Below are positions 20,427 through 30,481 of a stretch of DNA of 51,490 bases, one piece after another. How positions within the stretch are numbered: position 1 is the first letter of the stretch; each line of letters opens with the position of its first letter. Origin of the DNA: Pedobacter sp. (lineage in GTDB: Bacteria > Desulfobacterota > Desulfuromonadia > Geobacterales > Pseudopelobacteraceae); the NCBI GenBank assembly GCA_041672425.1, contig JBAYZR010000001.1, positions 1 through 51,490 on the forward strand, read 5' to 3'. The translations under genes and the position numbers were made by a program. The notes beneath the pieces are model-generated. The model saw only the letters and a list, made by a program, of their open reading frames with translations, searched no databases and was not told the origin of the DNA.

Positions 20427-20840
20427 TTGGCAAAACGGCACGGCTTTGACCGGCTATTACAGGCCTCGGACGTGGCAGCCGAGACTTGGCGACGCAACCG
20501 GGAAGAAAGGCATAACCCCGGCGGCTATCTCCAATCCTTGTGCGCTTCATTAATAGTGCCGGACTGGTATGTTCCCTACGAAGAACGAAAGGAGACGGTT
20601 GAGGCGGCACAGCGGCAAAAGTCAGAGGCCTGTAAGGCACAGGCTGCGGAGAAGGAGCGGGATGAAGCGCAGATCATGGCTCGTAATGAGTTGTGGGAAT
20701 CTTTGTCGGAGGAACAGCGAGAGGAATATCAATCCCAGGCTCTTGCGGATTTGCCGCCCTGGATTGCACCACCCATGGCGGTAACGGCGATGGCCAAACT
20801 TCTTGCCTGGGAAGTTGAGCACTTGATCGCGGCTGGATAA
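20427..20840 (+). CDS. Hypothetical island protein
   Basis: 137-aa ORF with a TTG start, tightly packed after the organizer gene. No motif recognised. Confidence 0.4.
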   Translation: MAKRHGFDRLLQASDVAAETWRRNREERHNPGGYLQSLCASLIVPDWYVPYEERKETVEAAQRQKSEACKAQAAEKERDEAQIMARNELWESLSEEQREEYQSQALADLPPWIAPPMAVTAMAKLLAWEVEHLIAAG

Positions 20841-20843
20841 AGA

Positions 20844-22214
20844 GTGACAAGCCCAAACCTGGCACGGGGCCGGGAACTGTACCTATCTCAAATCAGACAC
20901 ACCTGGCAGGATGATATGAAAAACAATCCACCGCCGGTCTCCCCAAGGACAGAGCCAATGATAGCTGAACTACAGGAACCACCGATATTTTGCAACCCGG
21001 ACATTGAGGGCTTCTACCTCAAATACGTTTACAACAACTATTCGATAAAACAACCAGAATGGGCGGTTATCTGTCGCATACTGGAACTCCTTGACAAGTC
21101 CGGAGGTTGTCCTTCGGTCGTCTGCGCTCCGGATACAGGTGGATCGGGTTATGACTATGACAATCTTGAACCCGACGGCATTGATCTCCTGGCGCACATT
21201 CCGCTTTGGAAGCATTCTCTTGCCGTTGCCGAGAAGATGCTGGAAACCGTTAAATATGAAGTCTTCTTCGGCCCCTACCTGATTATAGCTTTGGCCCATG
21301 ATGTTGGCAAAATTCCGGAATTCTCCATCGGCGGCTATTCAACTGGTGACTATCCAATCATCTCGATGCACTTTTTGCGAGGGATTCCGGAGTTTAACCT
21401 GGTGAAGAACAGCGTCGAGCGGATCAATGCCGTGAGGAGTCATCATTACTATCATGCCAAGGATCATACCTTGGCTGCCGCATTGAAATGGGCCGATCAG
21501 GAAGTGCGTAAGAATGAATTAGCCCGGCAAGTGCAGGTGCTAATTGCCACGAAACAGATCGCTGAACAGGAGGCATGTTTGACAAAATGTGATCTGCCCG
21601 AAACAAAAGAATCTGCTCAGCGCGATCCTAATTGTTCGCATTTCAAAATGCATGGCTACAGCAAACCGCTTCTTGTGGACATCTCCGGCTGGTTTAAAGC
21701 CGAAAAATTGATTGCCATCATCAAGGAAAACGTCAATCGGGTTTCCGATGGCTGGTGGAATGTTGTCTCGACACCGAATGGATATCTTTATTGCAGCGCC
21801 AAAGGTCTTTACAAGCTGCTTCGCCGGGCATTCCCTCTGCAACCGGATCTACTTGCCGCGCATGCCAATATCATTGCCCAACATGACATTCTGTTTACCG
21901 TGGTCATGACCCTGGCGCGCGAACTCGATGCCGTCGCCACCGAACTTCTTGGCAACAGGGAGTACCTCTGCCCGATGAGCATTACTTCCAGCACAGGCAA
22001 AGCCAAACGTGAATCTTATATGCTGGTTCCTCTCAAGGCGAAGGCATTGGGACTTTCCGGAACACTACTCGAAGCGGAAAAATCGCAGACAATCCTGCGA
22101 ATGGTAAAGACCATTGTTCCGCTGCAACAGGCACCGGAGACGAAGGAATCGGACCAGCTGCATGCCGAAAACACCCCTGAACAGGCTCCGAATGACCTTC
22201 CCGAACAGGGGTAG
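20844..22214 (+). CDS. HD-domain phosphohydrolase-like protein
   Basis: 456 aa with LWKHSLAVAE...IALAHDVGK...AVRSHHY, which supply the H...HD...H ligands. The exact start is uncertain (GTG at 20844). Confidence 0.55.
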   Translation: MTSPNLARGRELYLSQIRHTWQDDMKNNPPPVSPRTEPMIAELQEPPIFCNPDIEGFYLKYVYNNYSIKQPEWAVICRILELLDKSGGCPSVVCAPDTGGSGYDYDNLEPDGIDLLAHIPLWKHSLAVAEKMLETVKYEVFFGPYLIIALAHDVGKIPEFSIGGYSTGDYPIISMHFLRGIPEFNLVKNSVERINAVRSHHYYHAKDHTLAAALKWADQEVRKNELARQVQVLIATKQIAEQEACLTKCDLPETKESAQRDPNCSHFKMHGYSKPLLVDISGWFKAEKLIAIIKENVNRVSDGWWNVVSTPNGYLYCSAKGLYKLLRRAFPLQPDLLAAHANIIAQHDILFTVVMTLARELDAVATELLGNREYLCPMSITSSTGKAKRESYMLVPLKAKALGLSGTLLEAEKSQTILRMVKTIVPLQQAPETKESDQLHAENTPEQAPNDLPEQG

Positions 22215-22263
22215 AATTTCTCTATATTACTTTTACAAAGTAAAAGTGATCTATTACTGAAAA

Positions 22264-22908
22264 TTGCAGGAGAACACCTTGCCGTCGAAAGCCGCAGTCA
22301 TCGCCTACCGTTACCATGTCCTTTCAGGACACCCGGCCCTGTTCGAGCAAGTCGAGAGCCGACTCTGTACAGCACACCAGAAGGGATTCTCCGTCGTGGA
22401 AATCACCCGGATCATCGGTTCGCGCAAGGCCGATTACTCCCACGCAGTCCTGGTGAAACGGGGTGTGATCATGCCGGGGAAACGGGGTCGGCCGGCCAAA
22501 GGTTCCGTACCCGCAAGCATCAACCTGTACTTGCGCAAGCGGTTTCTCTCCTTTGCCAAATGGTGCGCTGGATGGGGGTTCGACCTCGTCGAGGCCGCCG
22601 GCGCCATCACGACGGTCAGCGACGGTGAGGTGCTGGAGGCAGTGCGTCGTGACTTTCCGGGGTGCTACCGCAAGATCAAGGGGCTTGAAAAGCACGCGTC
22701 GTATGTCCGACCGCCGGACTGCCCGTCTCCAAAGCTTGAGGCTAACATCACCTGGGATGAGCGGGAATTCTGCTATCGCGCCGAGAAGATGGAGGATCGT
22801 CAGGTACGCGGGTACGGATTCAGCATGGAAGCAGCCCTGAAAAATCTCAAGGTGAGTCATAATTACAGGCTGATGCTAGTTCGACTGGCTACGGGATGCG
22901 AGGTGTGA
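22264..22908 (+). CDS. Hypothetical island protein
   Basis: 214-aa ORF with an uncertain TTG start. No motif recognised. Confidence 0.35.
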   Translation: MQENTLPSKAAVIAYRYHVLSGHPALFEQVESRLCTAHQKGFSVVEITRIIGSRKADYSHAVLVKRGVIMPGKRGRPAKGSVPASINLYLRKRFLSFAKWCAGWGFDLVEAAGAITTVSDGEVLEAVRRDFPGCYRKIKGLEKHASYVRPPDCPSPKLEANITWDEREFCYRAEKMEDRQVRGYGFSMEAALKNLKVSHNYRLMLVRLATGCEV

Positions 22909-23114
22909 ATTTTGACAGCCACGCTAGAAATCAAAAAGATTCTATTATAAGCACAGCTCCATTTTAGGTTACTATTATGGTGTCGTAATCGGATTGTTTC
23001 CGGCAAGTCCCAATAACTCGCCCAATTAATCATCCATTTTCTGGGTTGTTTATGGCATCTACCTCGTGTTGCAGGCTTGAGTGTGGATGCACTGTAACAT
23101 TTTATGGAGAGAGT

Positions 23115-23907
23115 ATGTTAGTCCGCCCGTTTTCCGATATCCACGCCGAATTCTGGCAGCCCAACAAAATCCCGCGTATTCTGGACATGGTGGTTCCTCC
23201 GCTGCCGACTGATCAGGAAACCGTTGCTCTGGTTGCCGGCGACATCGGGTTGGCTCACCGCCAGGAGACCTGGCTCAAGGTTGTCAGCCTCTTGGCCAAG
23301 CGTTTCCTAGCCGTCATCTATGTCGAAGGGAATCACTTTTTCTATCATAACGATTTCTTCGGACGCATACAGGAGCTAAAAGCCAAGCTGTCGTTTCCCA
23401 AGAACGTTCACTTTCTTGAAAATGAATCAATTGAGATTAACGGTGTGCTGTTTGTCGGTGCAACCCTCTGGACGGATTTTCTCGGTAAGGACTTCTTCAA
23501 GATGCAGTATGCCCGGAAGAACATGAACGACTTTGCCGTAATTAAAAAGGCAGACGGGACGCGGCTCATGCCGGAGGAGACGGTTGATCTGTTCCAGGAA
23601 TCGAAACGCTATATCTTCGAGGCACTGGCAACAGCCGGCGAAAAGAAGACTGTCGTGGTAACACACCATGGCGTATCACCCCCTGTCTATTCATGAGCGG
23701 TTCCGGGGAGACAGCCTCAACTGCGCCTTCATGACCGACATTTCCAATGAAATCATCGAACATGGCCCGGATCTCTGGGTTCATGGCCATACTCACAACT
23801 CGTTCGACTACAACCTCGGCAGGACCCGGGTGGTTGTGAATCCCTATGGCTATAAGGATGTGGAGGTTAATCCGCACTACGACTACAAACTCGTCATTGA
23901 ACTCTGA
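23115..23907 (+). pseudogene. Calcineurin-like metallophosphoesterase, split by a +1 frameshift at a C5 run (~23678-23682)
   Basis: Frame A carries FSDIHAEF, VAGDIG, VEGNHF and VVVTHHG. Frame B carries WVHGHTHNSF. Removing one C from CACCCCCTG restores THHGVSPLSIHERF. Confidence 0.7.
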
Positions 23908-24067
23908 AGAACAGATCAAACCCACGGCAGACCGGATTCAGCTATCATTTGTTGACTGTACTGAATAATGAAGATCAATGGTAGCAATGTTACAAAATCA
24001 AGGTACATGTTTATAACAACCGACATTTCGGAATAGCAGTAGCTCTCATCATTGAATTAACAACCAA

Positions 24068-25090
24068 TCAGTAATGCCAAGTGCCATCCTGAGAGTGACC
24101 CTGATTCCTTTCCTCCGGAGTCTTCCACGCCGCAAGCCATCTCAGGGCATCCGTGGTATCGACCATCTTACGTGCCAGCGCCAGCCGCTCTAGGACGGCA
24201 GTTTTCTCATCTTCCTCCAGATTGGCTACTCGACGCTCAACGTCTGTAAAGAAATCCTCGATTCGTTTTGCTTTCGCCCAGGCCTTGATGATTTCAGACA
24301 GCTCTTCCCGGCTATCCATGATCGCCTTGACCCGCCGACGTTCTTCCTCCTCCCGGCGCCATATTACCTGCTTGGCCTCCCATTCCTTGCGCTCAATTTC
24401 AGCCTTGCGTTCCCCTTCTTCAACAAGCTGGACAATGGTAGCAGCTTCTCGTTTCAGCTCTTTTACGATTGCCGATAACTTTTCGGGTAAATCACCAGCT
24501 TTTGATTCCCGCCACTGCCGCACCCAATTCGCCCTATGATATGGCGAGTATGCCTGAATACATAATCTTCCGCTGGGAAGATCATGCATGCTTGTCCATG
24601 AATAGCTTTCATACCGTCTCTGTTTCCTGACGGGTAGATCTGATACACGAACGTATTTCCCGTCCTGGTACTTCGCCTCGACATTCTCGCTCATTTCAAA
24701 GATCGTCAATCCGATCAGGACCGTGCCGATAGTGACGATAGTATCTCGAGAAGGACTCCAGAGTTCGGAATAATTACGATCCCGTCCACCTTTTTCACGC
24801 TCATCGACAGAGTACCGTCGCAGGGACAAGCCGTGCCTCTCGAATGCGACCGTATGGCCGCGCTCTTCAAAGAGTAGAAACAATTCGTTTGCCACGTCTA
24901 GGGCTCGGCTGCACGTCTGCTTGGATGCGATAACATCGACCATAAGCCGCTTGCTGGGCCTCAGGTAGCCGTTGCTGGTCTCACGAGCTTCGTCAAAATA
25001 TTGCTGAACTCCCTGGAGCAGTGGGTGACGCTCTGGTAATTCACTTCGATCACGACGTTTTGATATATTTTTCCGAGGCGGTTTCGGCAA
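24068..25090 (-). CDS. Hypothetical protein with a charged coiled-coil C-terminal half
   Basis: 340-aa ORF with an uncertain TTG start. The ERKAEIERKEWEAKQVIWRREEEERRR segment is coiled-coil-like. No catalytic motif recognised. Confidence 0.45.
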   Translation of the reverse strand: MPKPPRKNISKRRDRSELPERHPLLQGVQQYFDEARETSNGYLRPSKRLMVDVIASKQTCSRALDVANELFLLFEERGHTVAFERHGLSLRRYSVDEREKGGRDRNYSELWSPSRDTIVTIGTVLIGLTIFEMSENVEAKYQDGKYVRVSDLPVRKQRRYESYSWTSMHDLPSGRLCIQAYSPYHRANWVRQWRESKAGDLPEKLSAIVKELKREAATIVQLVEEGERKAEIERKEWEAKQVIWRREEEERRRVKAIMDSREELSEIIKAWAKAKRIEDFFTDVERRVANLEEDEKTAVLERLALARKMVDTTDALRWLAAWKTPEERNQGHSQDGTWHY

Positions 25091-25451
25091 CGGGAGTTTT
25101 GCACGCCGTGTCTGCTCCAGGATGTTTGAAATCGTAATAATGGAAATTAGCGGAAAATGTTCTCATGGACATTACAAACGAAGCCGATTTGAGAACAAAA
25201 TCAAAATAATATCAATCGCTGGCGGATGACTGAAGAGGATAATTATGGGAAAACCCGATTTCCCCTGATTATTTTTGTCGTAAAAAAAGTTTTTGCGACA
25301 AAAAAGCCAGTTTTTTTGTCCGATAAAATTCCCCGACTCTTTCAAGGGCCAGTGAGATACCTGATTAATACAAATTCACATTGATTATTTGCAAATATAA
25401 GCAGCGCATGCTATTTTATGCGCCAAATTCAAACATGTTAGAGATCAGTGT

Positions 25452-26231
25452 ATGTATCTTGAGCTAGTCGACAGTTTAGCTGCAGAAGGCCGCTCATGTT
25501 TCAGTTACCAGGAATTTCTGAAGCTGTCCGGTTCTTCTGAGATTGCGGTCAAATCGGCGTTGCATCGCCTGCAGAAAAAAGGCGAGATAGCAATGCCGTA
25601 CCGTGGCTTTTACGTCATTCTGTTGCCAATGCACCGGATAATTGGTTGCGTACCCCCAGCCCAGTTTATCCCGCATCTCATGGCACATTTGGGAGAGGTC
25701 TATTATACGGGACTCCTGAGTGCAGCGGAATATCATGGAGCTGCTCACCAGAGGCCGCAGGTCTTTCAAGTCATGGTGGCAAAGGTCCGCAGACCGATCA
25801 CCTGCGGCAATGTCAGGGTCGAGTTTGTCTTTCGGAAGAATGCTGCAGAAATACCAACTGAGTTGCGAAATACATCAGCCGGGACCATTAAAGTGGCAAC
25901 ACCTGAGGCAACTGCCCTTGATGTGGTCGGCTACGTCAATCATTCTGTAGGCCTGGATAATGTTGCAACTATCTTGATTGAATTAGCGGAACGAATCGAT
26001 CCCAAGCGACTTGTCGAGGTCGCCGAACTGTCTCCTGTTTCATATGCACAGAGGCTCGGCTATTTGTTGGAACTGATTGGTGAAAAGGAACTGGCAGCAC
26101 CTCTTGTTGACTATGTTCGTTCGAAACGGCCAATCCCGACAGCTTTAACACCAAGGATAAGTACCAAGGGAGCCAAGAGGGATCGCCGGTGGCAGGTTTA
26201 TGTAAATACTGAGGTTGATCCGGATCTTTAA
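25452..26231 (+). CDS. AbiEi-family (type IV TA) antitoxin / transcriptional regulator
   Basis: 259 aa. The N-terminal wHTH-like FSYQEFLKLSGSSEIAVKSALHRLQKKGEIAMPYRGFYVI is the AbiEi pattern. No AbiEii nucleotidyltransferase gene follows. Confidence 0.6.
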   Translation: MYLELVDSLAAEGRSCFSYQEFLKLSGSSEIAVKSALHRLQKKGEIAMPYRGFYVILLPMHRIIGCVPPAQFIPHLMAHLGEVYYTGLLSAAEYHGAAHQRPQVFQVMVAKVRRPITCGNVRVEFVFRKNAAEIPTELRNTSAGTIKVATPEATALDVVGYVNHSVGLDNVATILIELAERIDPKRLVEVAELSPVSYAQRLGYLLELIGEKELAAPLVDYVRSKRPIPTALTPRISTKGAKRDRRWQVYVNTEVDPDL

Positions 26232-26291
26232 TGTAAAACGAACTCTTTGTGAAACTCAATGTCTGCATTAGTAATCAAAAAGGCAAATTAG

Positions 26292-28667
26292 ATGAGTAAC
26301 GAAGCCGATACCTGTCGAAAGTTTGTGCTGCCGAAGCTGGTTGATGCCGGTTGGGACAACGAACCTCACCGTATCAACGAGCAGATTACCTTTACCGATG
26401 GCCGTATTGTTCTCGCGGGCAACAAGGTCAAGCGTCGTCCCCAGAAACGGGCCGACTACCTGCTTCGTTATACCCGAGATTATCTAATTGCCGTTGTCGA
26501 GGCCAAGCCCGATTACCAGTCAGCCGGGGATGGTTTGCAGCAGGCCAAGGAATACGCCGAGATTCTGGGTATCAAGTTTGCCTATGCCACCAACGGCATC
26601 GAGATTATTGAGTTTGATTATATGACCGGCCAGGAACAAGTATTGACTGCGTTCCCGCCACCTGAGGAACTTTGGCAGCGACTGCAAAGCTCTCAGGCAT
26701 TCTCCCCCGAATCCGCGCAACGCATTCTCTCACCTTACTATCATCACAGCGGCAAGAGCCCCCGCTACTATCAGGAAATCGCCATCAATCGGGTCGTACA
26801 GTCGGTTTTGCAGGACAAGAAAAGAATCCTGCTGACTATGGCCACCGGCACCGGCAAAACCGTGGTTGCCTTCCAGATCTGTTGGAAACTCTGGAGCGCC
26901 CGCTGGAACGCCACCGGCGAGCACCGTCGCCCCAAGATTCTGTACCTTGCCGACCGCAATATCCTGGTTGATGACCCCAAGGACAAGATTTTTGCGCCTT
27001 TCGCCGATGCCCGCTGGAAGATCGAGAACGGCGAGGCCAACAAAAGCCGTGAGATGTACTTCGCCATCTACCAGTCGCTGGCCAAGGATGAACGGCGACC
27101 GGGGCTCTACAAGGAGTACAGGCCTGACTTCTTCGACCTGATCATCGTAGATGAATGTCACCGGGGAAGTTCACGCGACAACAGCAACTGGCGGGAGATC
27201 CTGGAGTATTTCACCCCGGCATTTCAGTTGGGGATGACCGCCACACCGTTGCGCGAAGACAACCGGGATACCTACCTCTACTTTGGCAATCCTATTTACC
27301 AGTACAGCTTGCGACAGGGCATCGACGACGGCTTTCTGGCTCCCTATCGAGTCCATCGCATTATTACTGACTTCGATGCTGCAGGTTGGCGTCCGAGCAA
27401 GGGAGAACTGGATCGCTATGGCCGGGAGATACCAGACGAGGAATACCAGACCAAGGACTTCGAGCGGGTTGTCGCCCTAAAGGCCCGTACGGAAGCTATA
27501 GCCTGCCACCTTAATGACTTTCTGAGAAAGACTGATCGCTTTGCCAAGACTATCGTCTTCTGTGTTGACCAGGATCATGCGGACGAGATGCGGCGGGCAC
27601 TCACCAACCTTAACCAGGACCTGGTAAGTCAGTACCCGGATTACGTCTGTCGGGTGACATCGAATGAGGGCGACATAGGTCGTGGGCATCTCGGCAGGTT
27701 TCAGGAACTGGAGACCGACACCCCGGCCATCCTCACCACCTCGCAGATGCTGACCACCGGCGTCGATGCTCCTACCTGCAAAAATGTCGTCCTGGCCCGC
27801 GTGGTCGGTTCCATGTCGGAGTTCAAACAGATTATTGGCCGTGGCACCCGTGTCAGGGACGATTACGGAAAGCTCTGGTTCAGCATCCTTGATTATACTG
27901 GCAGCGCTACAAGGCTCTTTGCCGATAGTGATTTTGACGGAGACCCTGCTCTGGTCAGCGAAGAGAAGATCGATAAGGCCGGCGCTACCTACGAGACGAC
28001 CATCATAGAGGAAACTCCTGTTGTGGAAGATGGCGGCGTTCAGGATGACTACGGCCCGGCGGGAGTGGTCATTGATGACGGCGCAAAAGAACCCCGCAAG
28101 TACTTTGTCGATGGCGGACAGGTAGCAATTGCCGCCCATCTGGTCTATGAGCTGGACCCGGACGGCAAACAGCTGCGGGTCGTCAAGTACAGCGACTATG
28201 CCGCCGACAAGATACGCACTCTTTTTCCCGGCGCAATAAGGATGCGCGAACAGTGGGCCAACCCCAGGGAACGGGCTGAAGTTATCAGTCAGCTTGAGGA
28301 GCGTGGGATCAGCTTCAACGAACTTGCCGAATCAGTCGGCCAACCGGAAGCCGACCCCTTTGATCTCCTCTGTCATCTTGCCTTTAACGCACCGCTACGG
28401 ACCCGCCGCGAGCGGGCCGAACGGTTGAAGCATGACCGGAAGGATTTCTTCGATCACTACAGCCCCGAGGCCAGGGGCATCCTAGAAGAACTGCTGGAGA
28501 AATACGCCCAGCATGGAACGGCGCAATTCGTCGTGCCTGATATTTTGAAAGTGCCGCCAATATCTGAGCGTGGGAATGTGATTGAGATTGCCGGGTACTT
28601 CGGCGGGGCGGAAAAACTTCGGGAAGCGGTGAATGAACTGCAAACGCTTCTCTATTCGGGATTCTAA
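26292..28667 (+). CDS. hsdR: Type I restriction enzyme R subunit (EcoEI-type C-terminal domain)
   Basis: 791 aa. The N-terminal nuclease region reads MSNEADTCRKFVLPKLVDAGW...ADYLL...VVEAK. Helicase motifs MATGTGKT and IVDECHR are present. The C-terminus is DLLCHLAF...AEKLREAVNELQTLLY. Confidence 0.92.
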   Translation: MSNEADTCRKFVLPKLVDAGWDNEPHRINEQITFTDGRIVLAGNKVKRRPQKRADYLLRYTRDYLIAVVEAKPDYQSAGDGLQQAKEYAEILGIKFAYATNGIEIIEFDYMTGQEQVLTAFPPPEELWQRLQSSQAFSPESAQRILSPYYHHSGKSPRYYQEIAINRVVQSVLQDKKRILLTMATGTGKTVVAFQICWKLWSARWNATGEHRRPKILYLADRNILVDDPKDKIFAPFADARWKIENGEANKSREMYFAIYQSLAKDERRPGLYKEYRPDFFDLIIVDECHRGSSRDNSNWREILEYFTPAFQLGMTATPLREDNRDTYLYFGNPIYQYSLRQGIDDGFLAPYRVHRIITDFDAAGWRPSKGELDRYGREIPDEEYQTKDFERVVALKARTEAIACHLNDFLRKTDRFAKTIVFCVDQDHADEMRRALTNLNQDLVSQYPDYVCRVTSNEGDIGRGHLGRFQELETDTPAILTTSQMLTTGVDAPTCKNVVLARVVGSMSEFKQIIGRGTRVRDDYGKLWFSILDYTGSATRLFADSDFDGDPALVSEEKIDKAGATYETTIIEETPVVEDGGVQDDYGPAGVVIDDGAKEPRKYFVDGGQVAIAAHLVYELDPDGKQLRVVKYSDYAADKIRTLFPGAIRMREQWANPRERAEVISQLEERGISFNELAESVGQPEADPFDLLCHLAFNAPLRTRRERAERLKHDRKDFFDHYSPEARGILEELLEKYAQHGTAQFVVPDILKVPPISERGNVIEIAGYFGGAEKLREAVNELQTLLYSGF

Positions 28668-28714
28668 TTCTGGGATATTGATTTATACTGCAAACGGTAA
28701 AAAATGAGGTTTTT

Positions 28715-28789
28715 GTAGGGGCGATACCTCGTGTTCGCCCGCCTTTGGGTGGTGGTGCCCCCGGGGCGAACACAAGGTATCGCCCCTAC
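28715..28789. repeat. Large palindromic element (26-nt arms, 23-nt spacer)
   Basis: GTAGGGGCGATACCTCGTGTTCGCCC ... GGGCGAACACAAGGTATCGCCCCTAC. The arms differ at one position. Confidence 0.8.
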
Positions 28790-28962
28790 GAAACAACATC
28801 AACATGTCTTTGAAATACGCAAAACCAGGCGGTCAAAAGGAATATTACTCGGTTTCCCGAGCAATTTCGTTTTCAGCTTACACGACTGGAAACCGATCAA
28901 CTGGTCACAAATTGTGACCGGTTCAGCAATCTGAAACATTCCAGCTCGTTGCCATATACGTT

Positions 28963-29020
28963 TTCTTATTATCGATGATGACATTTATCACATTGGTGCA
29001 TCGCTGAAAGACTTGGGGAA
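28963..29020 (+). repeat. 58-bp direct repeat, left copy (3' gene fragment ...IIDDDIYHIGASLKDLG)
   Basis: 57/58 identical to 30324-30381. Confidence 0.85.
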
Positions 29021-29123
29021 TATCAGGTGGTGGCATGCGGTGCTTTTGTCCAACCATTTTCTGAAATGATATGTATTATGGTAAATAATTGACTAAAATG
29101 TATCTGAAGCGTATGGTCAGCCC

Positions 29124-30314
29124 ATGGATATTTCAACAATTCTCCAACTGAATGAAATTGCCCTGGCGCAAGGAAAGTCGCACCAGCGTAAACGATATGT
29201 GTTTCAGAAGATTTTCGACGACACCGGCAAGCACCAGATTGGCCTTGTCGGACCTCGTGGTTCGGGGAAAACCGTAATTCTGAAACAGCTTCTGGCTCAT
29301 TTTGAGGATACCGCCTGCTACATCTCGCTGGATGCTGTTGAGACTGGTGGCCTGTTCCAAGCCATTCAGACCCTCCATGAAAAATACAAATTCTCTCTTT
29401 TCCTCATTGATGAAATACATCATGAAAAACAGTATGCACGGGAGCTGAAAAAAGCGTACGACTTCATGGAAGTGCGCATCGTTTTTTCCAGTTCCGTCGC
29501 CCTGTCGCTCCATGAAACCGCCTACGATCTATCCAGAAGGGTAAATCTGGTCGCCATCAATCCCTTCAGTTTTCGGGAATTCCTCTATTTCACCAAGGAA
29601 CTCGAACTGCCCTCACTGTCTGTCATGCAACTCTTGGAGAAGCAATGGGACGCAGCTCATATTCGCCAGGAAATCCATTTCGAAAGCTTTCTGAAAGGCG
29701 GGCTGTTCCCCTTTGCTCTCGAAGAGCCAAACATACTACCGCTCCTGGGAAACATCCTTGACAAAATCATTACCGGCGACATTCCGCTGATCGGCAGGCT
29801 GCTGACAGACGAAATTCCCATTTTGCACAGGATGGTGCGCTTTATTGGCTCTTCGCCCCCGGACGGAATCAATTATTCATCACTCTCGAACAACCTGAAA
29901 ATCACCAAATATAAGGCTGAGCAGTATGTGCATCTTCTTGAACAGGCATTTGTGTTGAAATGCGTCATGCCTGTCGGGACAAATGTCATGAAAGAGCCGA
30001 AAATACTGCTGCGCCTGCCGTATCGGCTGTTGTTTCAACCGTTTGAGAATGCAATCGGCGCCATCAGGGAAGAATTTTTTGCGGAAATGATGATCTGTAA
30101 AGGAATCTCCTTCAACTATCTGAAATCGACAAGAGGGGCCAAGACCCCTGATTACCTGGTGCAATCCGATACGGAATCGTATGTTATCGAAATAGGAGGC
30201 CCCGGCAAGGGTCGTGAACAATTCAAAGGATTTGACGGAAAGAAGAATCTGATTCTTGCCCACGGCAACGAAACCACCGGAATAAAACGCCCCCTATTCC
30301 TGATAGGGTTTTAA
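29124..30314 (+). CDS. AAA+ ATPase of the AAA_14/DUF4143 (COG1373-like) family
   Basis: 396 aa with Walker A GLVGPRGSGKTVIL and Walker B LFLIDEIH. AINPFSFREFL is the typical PLSF-x-EF segment. Confidence 0.75.
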   Translation: MDISTILQLNEIALAQGKSHQRKRYVFQKIFDDTGKHQIGLVGPRGSGKTVILKQLLAHFEDTACYISLDAVETGGLFQAIQTLHEKYKFSLFLIDEIHHEKQYARELKKAYDFMEVRIVFSSSVALSLHETAYDLSRRVNLVAINPFSFREFLYFTKELELPSLSVMQLLEKQWDAAHIRQEIHFESFLKGGLFPFALEEPNILPLLGNILDKIITGDIPLIGRLLTDEIPILHRMVRFIGSSPPDGINYSSLSNNLKITKYKAEQYVHLLEQAFVLKCVMPVGTNVMKEPKILLRLPYRLLFQPFENAIGAIREEFFAEMMICKGISFNYLKSTRGAKTPDYLVQSDTESYVIEIGGPGKGREQFKGFDGKKNLILAHGNETTGIKRPLFLIGF

Positions 30315-30323
30315 ACTGCTATC

Positions 30324-30448
30324 TTCTCATTATCGATGATGACATTTATCACATTGGTGCATCGCTGAAAGACTTGGGGAAGAGATGGTTCGCCTTTTCG
30401 AAGATGGATGTAAGCGCAATTGAAATGTTGCAACGGGTGAAGATATGA
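30324..30448 (+). pseudogene. 3' end of an unidentified gene (right copy of the 58-bp repeat plus its natural tail)
   Basis: Reads ...IIDDDIYHIGASLKDLGKRWFAFSKMDVSAIEMLQRVKI*. The left copy at 28963 diverges after KDLG, so the ATPase segment sits inside this remnant. Confidence 0.5.
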
Positions 30449-30481
30449 ATGGGTGGGTGAGTTTGAGATTTGAAGGATAAT

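Noticed and set aside
27477-28139. 220-aa minus-strand ORF
   Set aside because: Antisense to hsdR.
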